A stretch of DNA of 64,000 nucleotides from Octopus sinensis (GCF_006345805.1 NC_043000.1:71858001-71922000); one strand, 5' to 3'. Counted from the stretch's first letter, positions 1-12,537 are shown. The notes: generated by a model from the letters alone, not told the origin. Translations and numbers: made by a program.

Positions 1-760
1 CGAGATAAACTCTACCGGCACGGAAGTGCCGTCAGCCGGGCCTGCCCGAGGTGTTGCCAGGACGACGAAACCGTTCTGCACGCACTCGTTCAGTGCCCGA
101 GTATTGCTGAAATATGGGTTTATGTCGAACAGCTACTGTCACGTGTGGGACGGATCCGACTATCGGCCGAATCCATAGTGAAGATTGCCCCGCCGACCTC
201 CTTTAACAAGGAGGGCGAGGCCGTTTTCTTGTGCCTAGTGGCTGTGGCGAAAGAGGTCGTGTGGTGGACTCGTTTGAAAGGGCTAAAGACAGACACTTTC
301 CTCTTTGGTCAAGGCCTCATCAACTTTTTCAAGTTTCACTTGAAAAGGAAGATGAGGTTAGAGAGGAAAGTGCTGTCCGATAGCAAGTTTTATGAAAGGT
401 GGTGAATTGTGCGAGACTAGCCTGTATAAATGGACCAGTTCTCAGGTTTCGCCTGTGATTTCAAAGAAAAAGGTAATGTAAAAGGAGAAGAAAGGGGACT
501 CTCTACACCCCCTTTTTTTGACCAGGCTCCCGTTGGCTTTTGTAGGGTTTTTTCCACCAGGAACCTTTCGAAACGTCTCCCCCTTTTGGGAGTTTTTCAT
601 TGTTGAATTTTATAAGTTGTTATAAAGATTTTTACTCGATGTTTTTTAAAAAAAACGGCAAAACCCTTTGTAACCTTTCGTCCTGTCTTGTCCCTTTATG
701 TAATCATGCGTGTCAGCCCTTGTGGCCAATAAAAAAGAATTGATTATTATTATTATTACC
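1..760 (+). mobile_element. 3' end of an L1/Tx1-clade LINE (ORF2 C-terminus 1-405, 3' UTR, AATAAA, (TTA)n tail)
   Basis: Frame 1 is open from base 1 to 405 and reads RDKLYRHGSAVSRACPRCCQDDETVLHALVQCPSIAEIW, the C-terminal CCHC (zf-RVT) motif of L1/Tx1 ORF2. AATAAA at about 728 is followed by short TTA repeats. Confidence 0.8.
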
Positions 761-949
761 CTGCGCGTGTAAGCGAAAACAGTGTATTGTAATCGCTCGT
801 CTTTTTGTGTTTGCAAAATTACTGGAAAACGGCTGAATGGATTTTCACTACATTTGGCAGAAATACTCATTGAGTGAGTGGCTCGAAATGATGAACATTT
901 GGTTTGATTACCTTAAAAAACAACAACAAAAAAAACAAAACAAAAAAAA

Positions 950-1420
950 ACGAACTTACAAATTTCCCGATAAGCAAGTGGTCATATTTTGTTCAATTTT
1001 TTTTCTATGAATCGACTCTCGTTGGCGTGTGTACAGTGATGGATTCGAAGGTTTCATTTATTTACGAGTTGATTTCTTAACTTCACCGGAGTATAAATAC
1101 CTATAATGGTCATACTTAAAAAATATAAATCGAATTTACAAATTTCCCGATAAGCAGGTGGTCATATTATTTTCTTCACTTTCTTTTAAATATGAATTGA
1201 CCCTCATCTGCGTGTTTATAGATCATGGTGTACCTATGCGTGTAGACGCGTGTGCGCACTTACATATAATACATACATGTGCGACTGTGTGTGTGTACGT
1301 GTGCGTGTGCGTGTGTTTATGTGTGTACACTGATGGATTCGAGGGTTTCGTTTATTTACGAGTTGATTTCTTAATTTCACCGGTTTATAAATATCTATAA
1401 TGGCAATACTTAAAAAAAAA
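950..1420. repeat. Imperfect local tandem duplication
   Basis: ttacaaatttcccgataagca(a/g)gtggtcatatt occurs at about 956 and 1136. A roughly 95-bp block starting gtgtgtaca(g/c)tgatggattcga occurs at about 1028 and 1321. Confidence 0.75.
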
Positions 1421-1587
1421 ATAAGTCAGTTCAATTAAAATGCATGGGTAAGCAACGCATTGTAAGCCACACTATATTTTGCAGAAAAATTTATCTGCGA
1501 GCAGGGATGTATCGTTCCTCCGATGCCTTTTCTTTTTCCTCCTCCTCATCATCATCACCACCATCATTACCACCACCACCATCACCA

Positions 1588-1819
1588 CCTATTTCTTTAT
1601 TACCCACAAGGAGCTAAACATAGAGGGGACAAACAAAGACAGATATAGGTATTAAGTCGATTACATCGACCCCAGTGCGTAACTGGTACTTAATTTATCG
1701 ACCCCGAAAGGATGAAAGGCAAAGTCGTCCTCGGCGGAATTTGAACTCACAACGTAACGACAGACGAAATACCGCTAAGCATTTCGCCCGGCGTGCTAAT
1801 GTTTCTGCCAGCTCGCCGC
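1588..1819 (-). mobile_element. tRNA-derived SINE, family A, full length
   Basis: Minus strand shows a tRNA-like head (GGCGAGCTGGCAGAA A-box, GAGTTCAAATTCC B-box) and the central block GCCTTTCATCCTTTCGGGGTCGATAAATTAAGTACCAG, which resembles the MetaSINE-type conserved domain from recall. At least 10 related copies occur in the window. Confidence 0.85.
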
Positions 1820-1849
1820 TGTATCGTTCCTCCGATGTCTTTTCTTTTT

Positions 1850-1937
1850 CATCATCACAACCAAAACCACCACCACCACCACCACCACCACCACACCACC
1901 ACCACCACCACCACCACCACCACCACCACCATCATCG

Positions 1938-1976
<39 letters not shown>

Positions 1977-1977
1977 C
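1850..1977. repeat. (CAC)n/(CAT)n microsatellite, continuing as (ATC)n/(GTC)n at 5198-5262 beyond the CR1 insertion
   Basis: Direct inspection. It accounts for the poly-H/T/I/D/G/V ORFs in the ORF track. Confidence 0.95.
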
Positions 1978-4900
1978 TAAGAGAGAGAATTCGCCGGAGG
2001 AACCTGATATCCGAGCTAAAGATGAGGAAACAAATGGGAGAGAAGGGTTTACGAATCCAAGATGGACAGATAATCAAGTCCTACCTCTGGTCCCATGCTG
2101 TAGTGCTGACAGGGAAAGTGATGTGAGGGCAAATCGAAGTGAAGTTGATACCCCCGTCAACGATGCTATCTCTGATGCCCTTTATTCTGCTTGTTCCCCA
2201 ACTCCCGCCCCTCAGACTTCACAGCTCAGCATCGTCTACACCAACTCGTGCTCCTTATTCCCAAAGTTCAGTGAACTATTTACACTGGCCCTACGCGACT
2301 TCCCTTTTTATACAGTATGCTGTATGAGCAATTTCCTGCCGGTGAATTTTCTTACAGAACGAACTATTAAAAATCTGCTTTTAATCACTTTCAAACACCA
2401 TAAAATCATTTTCTCCGAGTCTCTATCACCGAGACTTGGCTGACTCCAGCAGTAAAGGACTCAGAGATCCACCTGCAGGGCTACGTCCTTTTCAGATGTG
2501 ACAGAGGAAAAAGGCGAGGTGGAGGTGTTGCTGTGTATGTTAAGTCTGAGCACAAACCGTCCTGCGGTATTCTACCCACAAATGCTCAACCTACAACCAA
2601 ATTCGATGCCGTCTATTGCAAGCTGAGCCTATCTGAGTTTTGCCTGCCCGTGTTGGCTGTCTACAGGCCGCCTCTAGCCGACCCCCAGGACGATGCTCAT
2701 CTACTCGAAGCGATAAGATTCGTTTCAGCTTCGCATGACTGCTTGGTACTAGGCGACTTCAACGCTCCCACGATCGATTGGCCCGCATCAATTTGTACAA
2801 CATCTTCCCGGTTCGGCCAGGCCCTTCTTGACGTGGCTGAAGATTGTTTTCTATCGCAACGTGTTGAATATCCGACAAGGCATCGGTCTGGGCAGCAGCC
2901 ATCTATGCTAGATCTGGTATTCTCCCGCTATCCAAGATCAGTGTCGGACGTATTTGTGTGCGCCCCTCTTGCCAAGAGTGATCATGCGGTCCTGAAGTTC
3001 GTCATGCACACAACTTTTTCTACGCCCACGATTACTTCGCTGCCACGTAGAGTCTTCTCTGCAATTAATCTTGAAATTCTAACCGAGGCTTCCGCGCTTC
3101 TGGACTGGCGTTCCCTGATGACGTTGTCCTCAGTTGACGAACTATGGTCATCCCTCAAAGCATATGTAATCTGTTTGACTGACCAGGCAGTTCCCGTTGG
3201 ACTTCCCAAGAGGAAGAAACACAAGCCCTGGGTGACGAAGAAGGTTAAACGAGAACGTCGACTCAGAGATATTGCTTGGGCTGAATTCAAAAATCTGGAT
3301 TCGACTGCAGCTTTTGAGGTGTACAAAACTCAACGAGACCGAGCCGTGAAAATTGAAAAGAAAGAACGCTTCAGTTATGAATACAAAATCGCGGCAAATG
3401 CCAGTAGCAATCCAAAAACCTTCTTTGCCCATGTCCAGCGGAATTCCCGCTTGAACAACCAGATTGCAACGTTGGTAGACTCAACAGGCGTATCGATTGA
3501 GGACCCTTATAAACAGAGTCAATTATTTGCCGAGGCTTTTTCAACTATTTTCAAACAAGATGATGGTCGTGAACCCCCTCCATTTGATAGATCGGTACCT
3601 CCAATGCTTCGATTGATCATCACGCGGGACCAAGTCAAACGTTTTATTCAAGGCCTCGATGTCAACAAGGGTCACGGCCCTGACGGCATACACCCACGGG
3701 TTATCAAAGCGTTGGCTCCGGTCATCTGCGAGCCCTTAACACGACTATTCAATATGTCATTGGCGACGGGTGTTATACCTGCAGACTGGAGAACAGCGAT
3801 AATCTGCCCAATTTTCAAGAAAGGGAGCCGCGAAGACCCGCTTAACTACCGACCGGTTTCCCTTACATCAATCATCAGCAAGATGTTCGAAACCATCCTT
3901 AAGAAAAGTATGATGCTCCACCTCCTAAACACAGCCTCGATCACTGATTCCCAACACGGCTTCGTGCCGAAGAGATCATGCTTGACCAACTTACTAGTAA
4001 TGGAAGAATTGGTGACGCGCATCCTCGATGATAGTGATGCTGTTGACATCGTTTTATTGGACTTTGCCAAAGCTTTTGACTCGGTAAACCACCGCCTACT
4101 ACTTGTCAAGTTTCAAGCATATAGTTTCCATCCGGATATTGTACGATGGGTTGGTGCCTTCCTCTCAGATCGCTCCTTCCAAGTTCAAGTTAATGGTTCG
4201 CGGTCCGACGTCTCCAGTGCGAGCAGTGGCGTGCCTCAAGGTTCAGTGCTTGGGCCCTTGTTGTTCTTAGTCTTCATAAATGACTTGCCCGACGACCTCA
4301 CGCAACACACCCTTCTATTTGCCGACGATATCAAACTGGTCGCTCCTCGCGGTAGTATAGAGGATCTTCGTCGATGCCTCCACCAAATTGGAAGTGGTCT
4401 AACGATTGGGACCTGTGCCTGAACGTGTCAAAGTGCTGTCATCTGCCTGTCGGCTCTACTCCTGCAACTCAACTTGATTTCGAGCCGGGTCGTCTGCTGC
4501 TGGAGAGGACCGATCAGGTAAAGGACCTGGGTATCTTGGTGGATTCCTCCTTTTCGCCTTCGGCCCAGTGCGTCCATGCTGCCAACAAAGCGCGCGGAAT
4601 TCTGTTTTTGATTCGACGGTCATTCGGAATGCTCACAGCAGCCATATTCCTGCCACTCTATGTCACGCTGGTGAGACCCATATTGGAGTATGGGATTCAA
4701 GCCTCTTCTCCTTATCTCCTCAAAGACATACAGCACCTCGAAAGAGTCCAGAGGCTGGCTACCCGCATGGTTCATGGTCTCAAAAATTTGTCCTACGAAG
4801 AAAGGCTGAGGACGCTCGACCTTTGTTCTCTTGAAAAACGCCGCCGCCGTGGTGATCTCATTCTCGCCCACAACATCATAAGCGGGAAGTGTAACCTCCC

Positions 4901-5197
4901 GAAAGAGCTGTTCTTCACTCCTGCTCCGGAGCGTCGGCTGCGGGGTCATTCCGAAAAGCTCTACCTGCGACGATTTCATCTCAATCGAAGGAGAGGAGCT
5001 TTCTCCGTCCGGGTTGCGGATTCGTGGAACAAGCTGCCAGACGAGATGGTGAAGATGCCGACGACCGCTTTGTTCAAAGCCTCCCTGGACCTCAAGTGGC
5101 CTGAACTCTTTACATGAACACCACCCTGTACTTAACTCCATGTCCCCCTACATGGCCTTGCTATTTGCTTTTGAGCCAAATTAACTAACTAACTAAC
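1978..5197 (+). mobile_element. CR1/L2-group LINE, 5'-truncated within ORF1, with near-intact ORF2
   Basis: The ORF1 C-terminus LRERIRRRNLISELKMRKQMGEKGLRIQDGQIIK ends at TGA 2124-2126. ORF2 has APE and RT domains. The short 3' UTR ends in (TAAC)n at 5182-5197. The element sits inside a (CAT)n run. Confidence 0.9.
2215..5117 (+). pseudogene. CR1-type ORF2 (APE endonuclease + reverse transcriptase) with one insertion and one frameshift
   Basis: APE motifs: IVYTN, SITETWL, GGGVAVYV, VLGDFNAPTIDW, LDLVFS, SDH. RT motifs: GPDGIHP, YRPVSLTS, LDFAKAFDSVNH, GVPQGSVLGP, FADDIKL. The C-terminus has RLRGHSEKL. There is an approximately 110-bp insertion at 2306-2415 and a 1-nt frameshift near 4388 (LHQ/WKWSNDW). 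Confidence 0.9.
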
Positions 5198-5231
5198 ATC
5201 ATCATCATCGTCGTCGTCGTCGTCGTCGTCG

Positions 5232-5262
<31 letters not shown>

Positions 5263-5274
5263 AGATAGGGATAG

Positions 5275-6070
5275 CATAGAATGGTTTTCATATCACTTTG
5301 TGCCGGAAGTTCAAAAATATTATCATAAGAACGAACTTCCATTTCATGTAATGTTGCTTATTGACAATGTACCTGGCGACCCTCCAGTTCTGCAACATTT
5401 TCATCATGTCAAAATTGTTTTTTTGCTTCCGAATACGACATCACTTTTGCAACCAATAGACCAAAGTGTTATTGCAACTTTTAAAGCCCATTATTTACGC
5501 TACACATTTGCAATGCTGAATGAAGAAACAGACAAAGAAGAAGGACCAACTGTAATAGAATTCTGGAAAAATGAAAACATTTATACTGCAGTAAAAATCA
5601 TAGGAAAAGTGTGAGATAATTTCACTCAAAAGAATATGAAGTGTGTTTGGAAAAAACTTTGCTCTTAATTTCTTAATGATTTTGAGGTTTTTGAATCACT
5701 ACAAGAAAATGTACAAAAAGAAACAGAAGAAATTGTAAACCTGGCAGATAAAATGAATCTCGTATGGGCAAGTGACGTAGATGAGCTGCTTCAATCACAT
5801 AGTGACGAATTCACCACAAGAGCTTATTGCAATGCAAGAGCAGGCAACAATAGAAGAGGAAGAGGACACTGTCGATGAAACACCAGTTAGTGCATCCTCA
5901 TTCAAAGGACTCGCGGAAGCATTTCAACATTTGGATAAAGCTTTTGAAAATTTTCAAGTACAAGATCCAAATTTTGAACGAAGTGTAAACGTTTCTACTG
6001 CCATAGCAATTGCTTCTGCGTGTTACCGAGAAATTTATAGAGAGCATAAAAAGCTTCTTTTGAGTAAATA
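5275..6070 (+). mobile_element. Tigger/pogo DDE transposase fragment
   Basis: LLIDNVPGDP and FLLPNTTSLLQPIDQSVIATFKAHY are DDE_1/Tigger motifs. The C-terminal segment GLAEAFQHLDKAFENFQVQDPNFERS follows, with stop codons between the pieces. Confidence 0.8.
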
Positions 6071-6714
6071 ACTCTAGACTTGTTTTTTAAAAAGAAATCA
6101 ACAAATCCGTCAACGAGTGCTAGTGAATCGGCGATCGCGTCTACAAGTGATGGTGTGCGAGAATCTATTTCCAGTCGTTGTCGGGCAATTTTTACAATAG
6201 AATATCTTATATAATTTTTTGTTTATTCCATGTCAGACCATGCCTTTCCCGACAGATAGGCCTCTTGATCGGGACAGATTTGTGCAATTTTTCGCAAAAG
6301 TTATTTACATGTCTGTTCGACCGTTTTACATGACTTTATTCATTATAACTTATTAAAACTTCAGAAGTTCTTATAACTATGATCATCGCAATGCTTTGCT
6401 TTCGTTTGTTTAATAAAAACTTCTTCTCGTAATGATTTTGCTTTCATTTTGTGATAGACAGCTGTCATGCAGAAAATGTCAGCTTCCAAATCCTTTTTTC
6501 TGATTAGGTAAAATTGATTAAACTTTAATCCTTAGTAACATTTTTCTTCATTTTTCTGGAGCAAATAAATAACGAAATAGGATTTAACCTGAAAAATTAT
6601 TTCAATATACCAAATTTGAACATTTTTACGTAATTAAAAATTTTCACAATATGTGACAGTAACAAGGACACTACAAGAGTAAAGAGACAGGCGCACACAC
6701 AAGAGTAAAGGACG

Positions 6715-6771
<57 letters not shown>

Positions 6772-7029
6772 CGCACACTGAAACACACACATACACGCGC
6801 ATATACACGCAAATTTACAAACGTGCACAGATTATCACGAGTTTAAAATGGTGTATAATAGACATATGTATGTATGTACGAATGTATGTATATGTGTGTG
6901 TGAGTGTTTTCGATGGACAGCAGAAAAGCCACTTACCGCCTCTCTCCTTAAAACAACGTATTCCTCATACCCACCTTTCTTTCCCTTCCTCGGCGTTTTA
7001 AAAGTTAGTTATGCTATGTGCATGTGTGG

Positions 7030-9110
7030 ACCTCTGTTTCTGTTGCAGGCTTAGCCAGAGACGTGTCGATGTCATCTTTGGGCATGCGAGCAGTGGCCTC
7101 ACGTTAATAGAAGGAGGTCTGTTCAGGACGTTGTTGAAGTACTCTGCCCAGCTTTGAAGGATTTTCAGTTTTGTCAGTGGGGAGAGTGGTCTCGTCAACA
7201 CTGAGCTGTGGTGATGTTCTGGAGGACTGTGGCCCGTAGATGGCTTTCAGAGTATCGTAGAAACGCTTAAAGCTGTTGCTGAGCCAGGAATCCTTCATAA
7301 CTGAGCTTTCTCTGCACCTTGCTTTTGGTGGCGTTGTAGGCTTCTAGGAAGTCGATGTGCTGTCTTGCTGAGGGAAACTGTAGGCTTCACACTTCTTGAG
7401 CAGCTTCTGAATTTTCTAATCGTTGCTGTAGGATCAGTCTTGGTGTCTACGTATGTTCTGGCTCAGATGAGTGAATGCAGTGTTGCATACCACGTCTCTG
7501 AACATCACACAGTCCTCCTCTACTTCCTTTGTACTAATGTCGAGTTGGCTCAAATTCCCCAGCTCTTCGCTGAGGTTCTACTTCATATAGTGCCGTTCCA
7601 ATTTAGTGATGTTTTGTCGTTTGTAGGCTTCCTTCGTGATTGCCTGCATGTCGAGTTTTTCGAGGATGAGTCTGTTATCTGTCTAGCATTCTGCACCACA
7701 CATCGCCTTTGTTACCCTAACATCTTGTCTGTCCCGTCTTCTGACTATGACATAGTCTATTAGATACCAATGTTTGCTGCGTGGATGCATCCATATGTCC
7801 TTTGGTGGTTTGGCATGCGAAATGCTGTGTTGCTAATCCGCAGGTCATATGCTGCACAGATCTTAAGCAGTAGATGATCGTTGCTGTTGCTCTTGCCAAC
7901 TCCGTTTCTCCCAGCGATTCCCTTCTATGTCTGGTAGTCTGCACCAGTTCTGGTGTTGAAGTCGCCGAGAACGACGAGCTTGACATTAAGCACAGCTGCT
8001 CTGAGGGCTCTCTAATCTTCATAAAACATGTCTTTGACCTTTTCAGGCTTAGTCATAGTGAGGATGTAAGCACTGATGGTGGTGGAATGGCCCTTTCCTC
8101 TGAGAGGGAACCGTAGTCAGTCATTCATTTCTTTGAGAAGCTGGTTAGCTTGCTGAACACACCAGATCTGATGGCAAAACTCACTCGTGCTTCACGACGT
8201 TCGTCGCTACTGCAGCCGCTCCAGAAGAAGGTGTAACCGGTTTTGATCTCAGTCCCTCACCTTTGTCTGTAAGCCTGGTATCGCTCATAGCTGCAATTTT
8301 GCTCTACCGAGTTCTTTTATAACAAGTGTTTTCTGTCTCTCACGTCGGTTTGCTTTGGAGCTGTCCATGACATGGCACGTTCATACATTTCACGTGTCAC
8401 TGCTGAGCGATGTCAACAATGTCTTCACCTTAGTGTTTCAAGCGTATGGTGAAGCGGGCTATATTTAGAGTACCTTTTTAGTCCTGCCCTCAGACCATGG
8501 AAGTGAACAGAACAATCCTAGAGGTGGAAATCCTTAGACACAAAGGGGCTGGTGAATGCTACAGCTACTTCGGTCAGTGGGGAGCGGCCCTATGTCCTAG
8601 TCCGTCTGCGTTTGTAACTACAGCCTCCGGCGCCTCCATACCTCCTACTTTGTGATTTTCCCATCGTCACAAGACTTGAAGGTGGGTTTGGGATGGTGTA
8701 ATATCTTGACTTGCGCGTGACATGGATTAAAAGTGAGGGATGGTTGCGCAACATCATCTGCCTCACTCTCTCGTCCGTCCGTTCCCATTTGACTCCATTA
8801 GCATGACGATGTCAAGACAACTGTCCTCCCCCAACAATGCTTGCTGATCTGCCTTCCTACTCGTTGAACTAATCCTGTGGTTTCCTCCACACAATCCGTC
8901 GGGTCCATTTTTCACATACATAAGTAAAGAGGCTCTTGCTCGCAGAGGGTTGAAAGCTGTCAGCTACTCTCACCACGCTTTAGCCGGCTTGTGGAAACCA
9001 TTACCCGGAATGGTTCTCCCATCAGAGGTACTACCCCATCTTGTTCTCCCTTTAGAAGTATTACGCCATCCAGACGCTCACTACGTTGCTGCACTATATC
9101 GAACATCGAA
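7030..9110 (-). mobile_element. RTE (BovB-like) LINE: 5' UTR, endonuclease and linker, broken off before the RT domain
   Basis: Minus strand shows GYTFFWS at about 8220-8240, GTDDYRHRR-like/LGDFN motifs, LKAIYGPQSS and EYFNNVLNRP, all typical of RTE-BovB ORFs. Many stops and frameshifts. A GC-richer UTR-like segment runs to about 9110. Confidence 0.8.
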
Positions 9111-10269
9111 TGGAGAATAAATGTTGCTTTATTATAAAAATTATTTGAAATGCTCAAACATTTTAAATAGCAAAACTCACCATGTTCATCGAATAAAGAA
9201 TTCAGGTTGCTTTATTATAGAAGTAACATAAAAAGATGCCCAGACATTTTGAAAGTAACAAATTAAATTTTTATTAAAATACTCACCATGTCTATAATTA
9301 TATTCTGTTGACTGTTTCGAGTTCATCATTTTGATTGTTATTTAACTTTATTGTTATTTCTCTTTACTGTCACAGAAATATTTAAGATAAATAATTCTGC
9401 GGAAATGTATGGAGAGCAAGGAACGTTTCTGGTTGCCCCACCCAGGTTTCCTGTACTGGAATCACTTGGCTAAAAGTTCATGCGGTTACAGTAATATCAC
9501 CGTACAGCTTGTAATCAGCATGTTATATTGGGTGCATATGACATCCCCACAAACACTGAAAACAAGGTGAAGATGACTCTCACTTCACACTAGTCTTCAA
9601 CTGTCTGGGTACGCCCCTTGGAGCGTACATTCCCTTGTGATAAAACATTTTATTGCAGTTATATGGCATGTATTTGCGACTAAGTGACATGTAATGACAA
9701 TTCCCAGCCTCTGTATCATGAATGGTTAGGTAAACCACTTCTAACGAAAGCCAGAACTTCCTTCGACCACACATAAAAAGAGTTAAGAAAAAATGTTATT
9801 TAGATATACTTTTATTTTAGTTGTTTACATTATTTTACGCTTATTTATACTCTTATACATTCAAAGTCCACAAATTTTATTATTTAAATTATGAATCATA
9901 TTCCTTTCGATAATATCAATATGATTACAAAGCTTCTTTGTAGACGATATTTTCTGTTTGGTCGACACTAATTTCAAAATTACTGGAGTCCGTTGGTCTA
10001 CTCATAGAAACGTATAACTGGCCGAGTGTAATATCGGAGTGAGTAAAAATACACCTAAAGTCTGGCCCTGTGCCTTGTTTGCTGTGAATGCGCGAGCGGA
10101 ATCTTTAGGAGTCTGTCCATCTACGATGGGGATTAAAGGGATAGTATCGCAAATCTAAACCCTCTAAATTCACAAACTATACAGGGAGCAGGGAATCCAG
10201 AATTAATCTTCGTCGCCGGAATTTTAACAAAAAAAAAAAAAAGAATCAAAGGTGATTTATTAATACAAA

Positions 10270-10600
10270 ACTCAATATCCATTTAATAATCATACTTTTT
10301 CACATTTTTTTCTGATTACCTCCTTCGTAACCCCGAAAAATATCGTGACCATTGGTGCAGCCGTTTGACCGTGAAAAGGGAACAGACAGATAGACATAGC
10401 GTCCATGATAGTGAGAAGTTGACTTACTTCTCTTTGCTTCTTTTATTAGTTATCTTCCCCTTTATTTTTATTTACTTTTTTACGCCCGCAAACTGAACAG
10501 TTACCCCCAATATCCACTAAATAATTATACTTTTCCATATTTTTTCGCTAAAAACCTTCCTGATTACCTCCTTCGTAATCCCGAAAGTCATCGTGACCAT
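10270..10600 (+). mobile_element. Probable non-autonomous Helitron-like 3' fragment with local duplication
   Basis: cagccgtttgaccgtgaaaagggaacagacagatagaca resembles the 3' region of Lep1-type Helitron-like elements. The block tgattacctccttcgtaa(c/t)cccgaaa...atcgtgaccat is duplicated at about 10313 and 10561. Confidence 0.4.
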
Positions 10601-10829
10601 ATATATATATATATATATATAATATATATATATATATAACCACTACACACACACGCGCGCGCACACATATATATACGGCCTACTTCTTTCAGTTACCACC
10701 TTGCAAATACACTCGCAAGCTCACAAAGTTTTGTTTAGTCCAGGTCTGTAGTACAAGACTTACCCCAGTACCATGCATTGTTACTGTGCCAAGGACCATG
10801 TGATTGAGAAGCATATAACCACCACCATC

Positions 10830-11150
10830 ATCAAGTTTCCTTATCTTATGCAGCCAGTCATAGGAGTGTCACTCTAGAAGCTTTCACAGTCAGTCATTTC
10901 CACAGGTGTATATTCTCTTTCATGCATAGCAGGTTCACTGTGTTGTGACTGCCAAGTCCTTTTCTCTGTTTGCCTCACTTTCGCCCTCTCTCAACTGTGC
11001 CATGAAGAATGGTTTGGGGCAGGGAATTGTAGCGGGATACATGATCATACTAGACAAGCTTTCGTCTTTTCACCTGCACAAGGAGGGGTTCATGTCTGTC
11101 AGTGTACTTGTTGACTAGCTGCCTGGCAAAGCTGTTAATTTTGTACGAGA
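10830..11150 (-). mobile_element. RTE LINE 3' fragment
   Basis: Minus strand reads VQVKRRKLV*YDHVSRYNSLPQTILHGTVERGRK, the RTE ORF C-terminal motif. Confidence 0.7.
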
Positions 11151-11680
11151 TATGAGGTGGAAAGTGATGAAATCGAAGAGGTAAAGGAGTATGTTCAGTT
11201 AGGGCACAAAATGAATATGCGCCGAGATATGGATGCTGAAATCTCAAAGAGAATAAGGGCAGGATGGAAGGCATTTAACTTGAAAAAGGATGTGCTCAGA
11301 ACAATAGCACTCTTATATGAGGATGAGACGTGGGGCACTACAAAGAAAATAGAACATTGACTGGTTACGATGCAAAGGGCCATGGAAAGATCCATGCTAG
11401 GAATATCATTAAGAGAGCATATTCGAAACAAGATAATTCGAGAACGGAGCAGAGGGAACAATGTGATTGCAGATTACTGAAAGTACAAGTTCCGCTGGGC
11501 TGGCCATGTCGCAAGGTTCATAAAGAACAGTTGGATCTGTGCATTTGCCGAGTGGTATCCAAGAGATCTAAAAAAAACAATTGGAAGTCCTTCACTACGA
11601 TGGGAGGACGATTTAGTCAAGCAATTTGGATCGTGACGGAAAAGCTCAATCCTGTGACACTGAGATATAAAGTTTAGTGT
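11150..11680 (+). mobile_element. RTE LINE fragment (RT C-terminus), a second family
   Basis: IEEVKEYVQLGH, AEISKRIRAGWKAF, LLYEDETW and a frameshifted KFRWAGHVAR ... RWEDD. Confidence 0.75.
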
Positions 11681-11929
11681 TCCGCTATTAGTAGGATCAA
11701 CAAAAATCTACTCCGTCTAGTGAACTATAAATATCATTTAATATACACAATATCGAATTACGAGCTACTAATAGTTTCATGCTGTGGACACACAATAAGT
11801 CAGCAGGTTTACATATTAATCCGTGTGTCTCCATGGTACCCCTCAGAATCAAATACACAACATGCGTATTCGAACCCGAGACATAACGCGGAGACACATA
11901 AATTGCAGGCAATACGATGTTTGATTAAA

Positions 11930-12040
11930 GATGGTGAGCTGGCAGAATCATTAGCACACAGGGCAAAATGTTTAGCGGCATTTCGTTCGGCTTTATGTTC
12001 TGAGCTCAAATTCCGCCGACGTCGACTTTGCCTTTCATCT
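11930..12040 (+). mobile_element. Family A SINE, 5' portion
   Basis: GGTGAGCTGGCAGAATCATTAGC ... GAGCTCAAATTCCGCC ... GCCTTTCATC. Confidence 0.8.
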
Positions 12041-12461
12041 TAGACCTGCACCAAAATTACTGGTCTTGTGTCAAAATTTGAAACCAATATGTTGTCAGAT
12101 GACGTAAGATAGTAATAGGTCTATACGATTGTTGTGAAATGAACCCCTTAAAGCATTTGTTTCTCCAAATGTGTTGTATAAGTATATAAATATAATGTCA
12201 TTATCAGCACCGATAATAATTGATTGCTTGTCTATATTTTTATTCTATTGAACTCAAGAGAGTCTAACGCTCTATCTGGAAACAAGCACTTCTTAAACAG
12301 GAGTTGGTTTCAATTCCTGACACTTTTCTGCCTGAAAATATTTGCAACATCTGCAGAAGGATCTGTTAATCCAAAGTTGGACTTACTAGTCATATGAGAT
12401 CTCATGACGGTATTTACTAATTGAAGAGATGACTTTCTTCTACAAAGAAATAGCAATCACC

Positions 12462-12537
<76 letters not shown>

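Noticed and set aside
1675-2077. Poly-His/Thr/Asp/Gly ORFs in the ORF track
   Set aside because: They are translations of (CAC)n/(CAT)n microsatellite plus SINE sequence, not genes.
9400-9780. Moderately GC-rich segment with short ORFs on both strands
   Set aside because: No recognisable motif, no convincing splice-site pair, and stops in all frames. Left unassigned.
10601-10640. (AT)n runs with recurrent single-base register shifts (also 12463, 35028, 35900)
   Set aside because: Most simply explained by consensus or polishing artefacts, or slippage in self-complementary repeats. Cannot be judged without reads.
11930-12010. tRNA-like A/B boxes (here and in other SINE heads)
   Set aside because: They are SINE heads without a complete cloverleaf, so they are not called tRNA genes.
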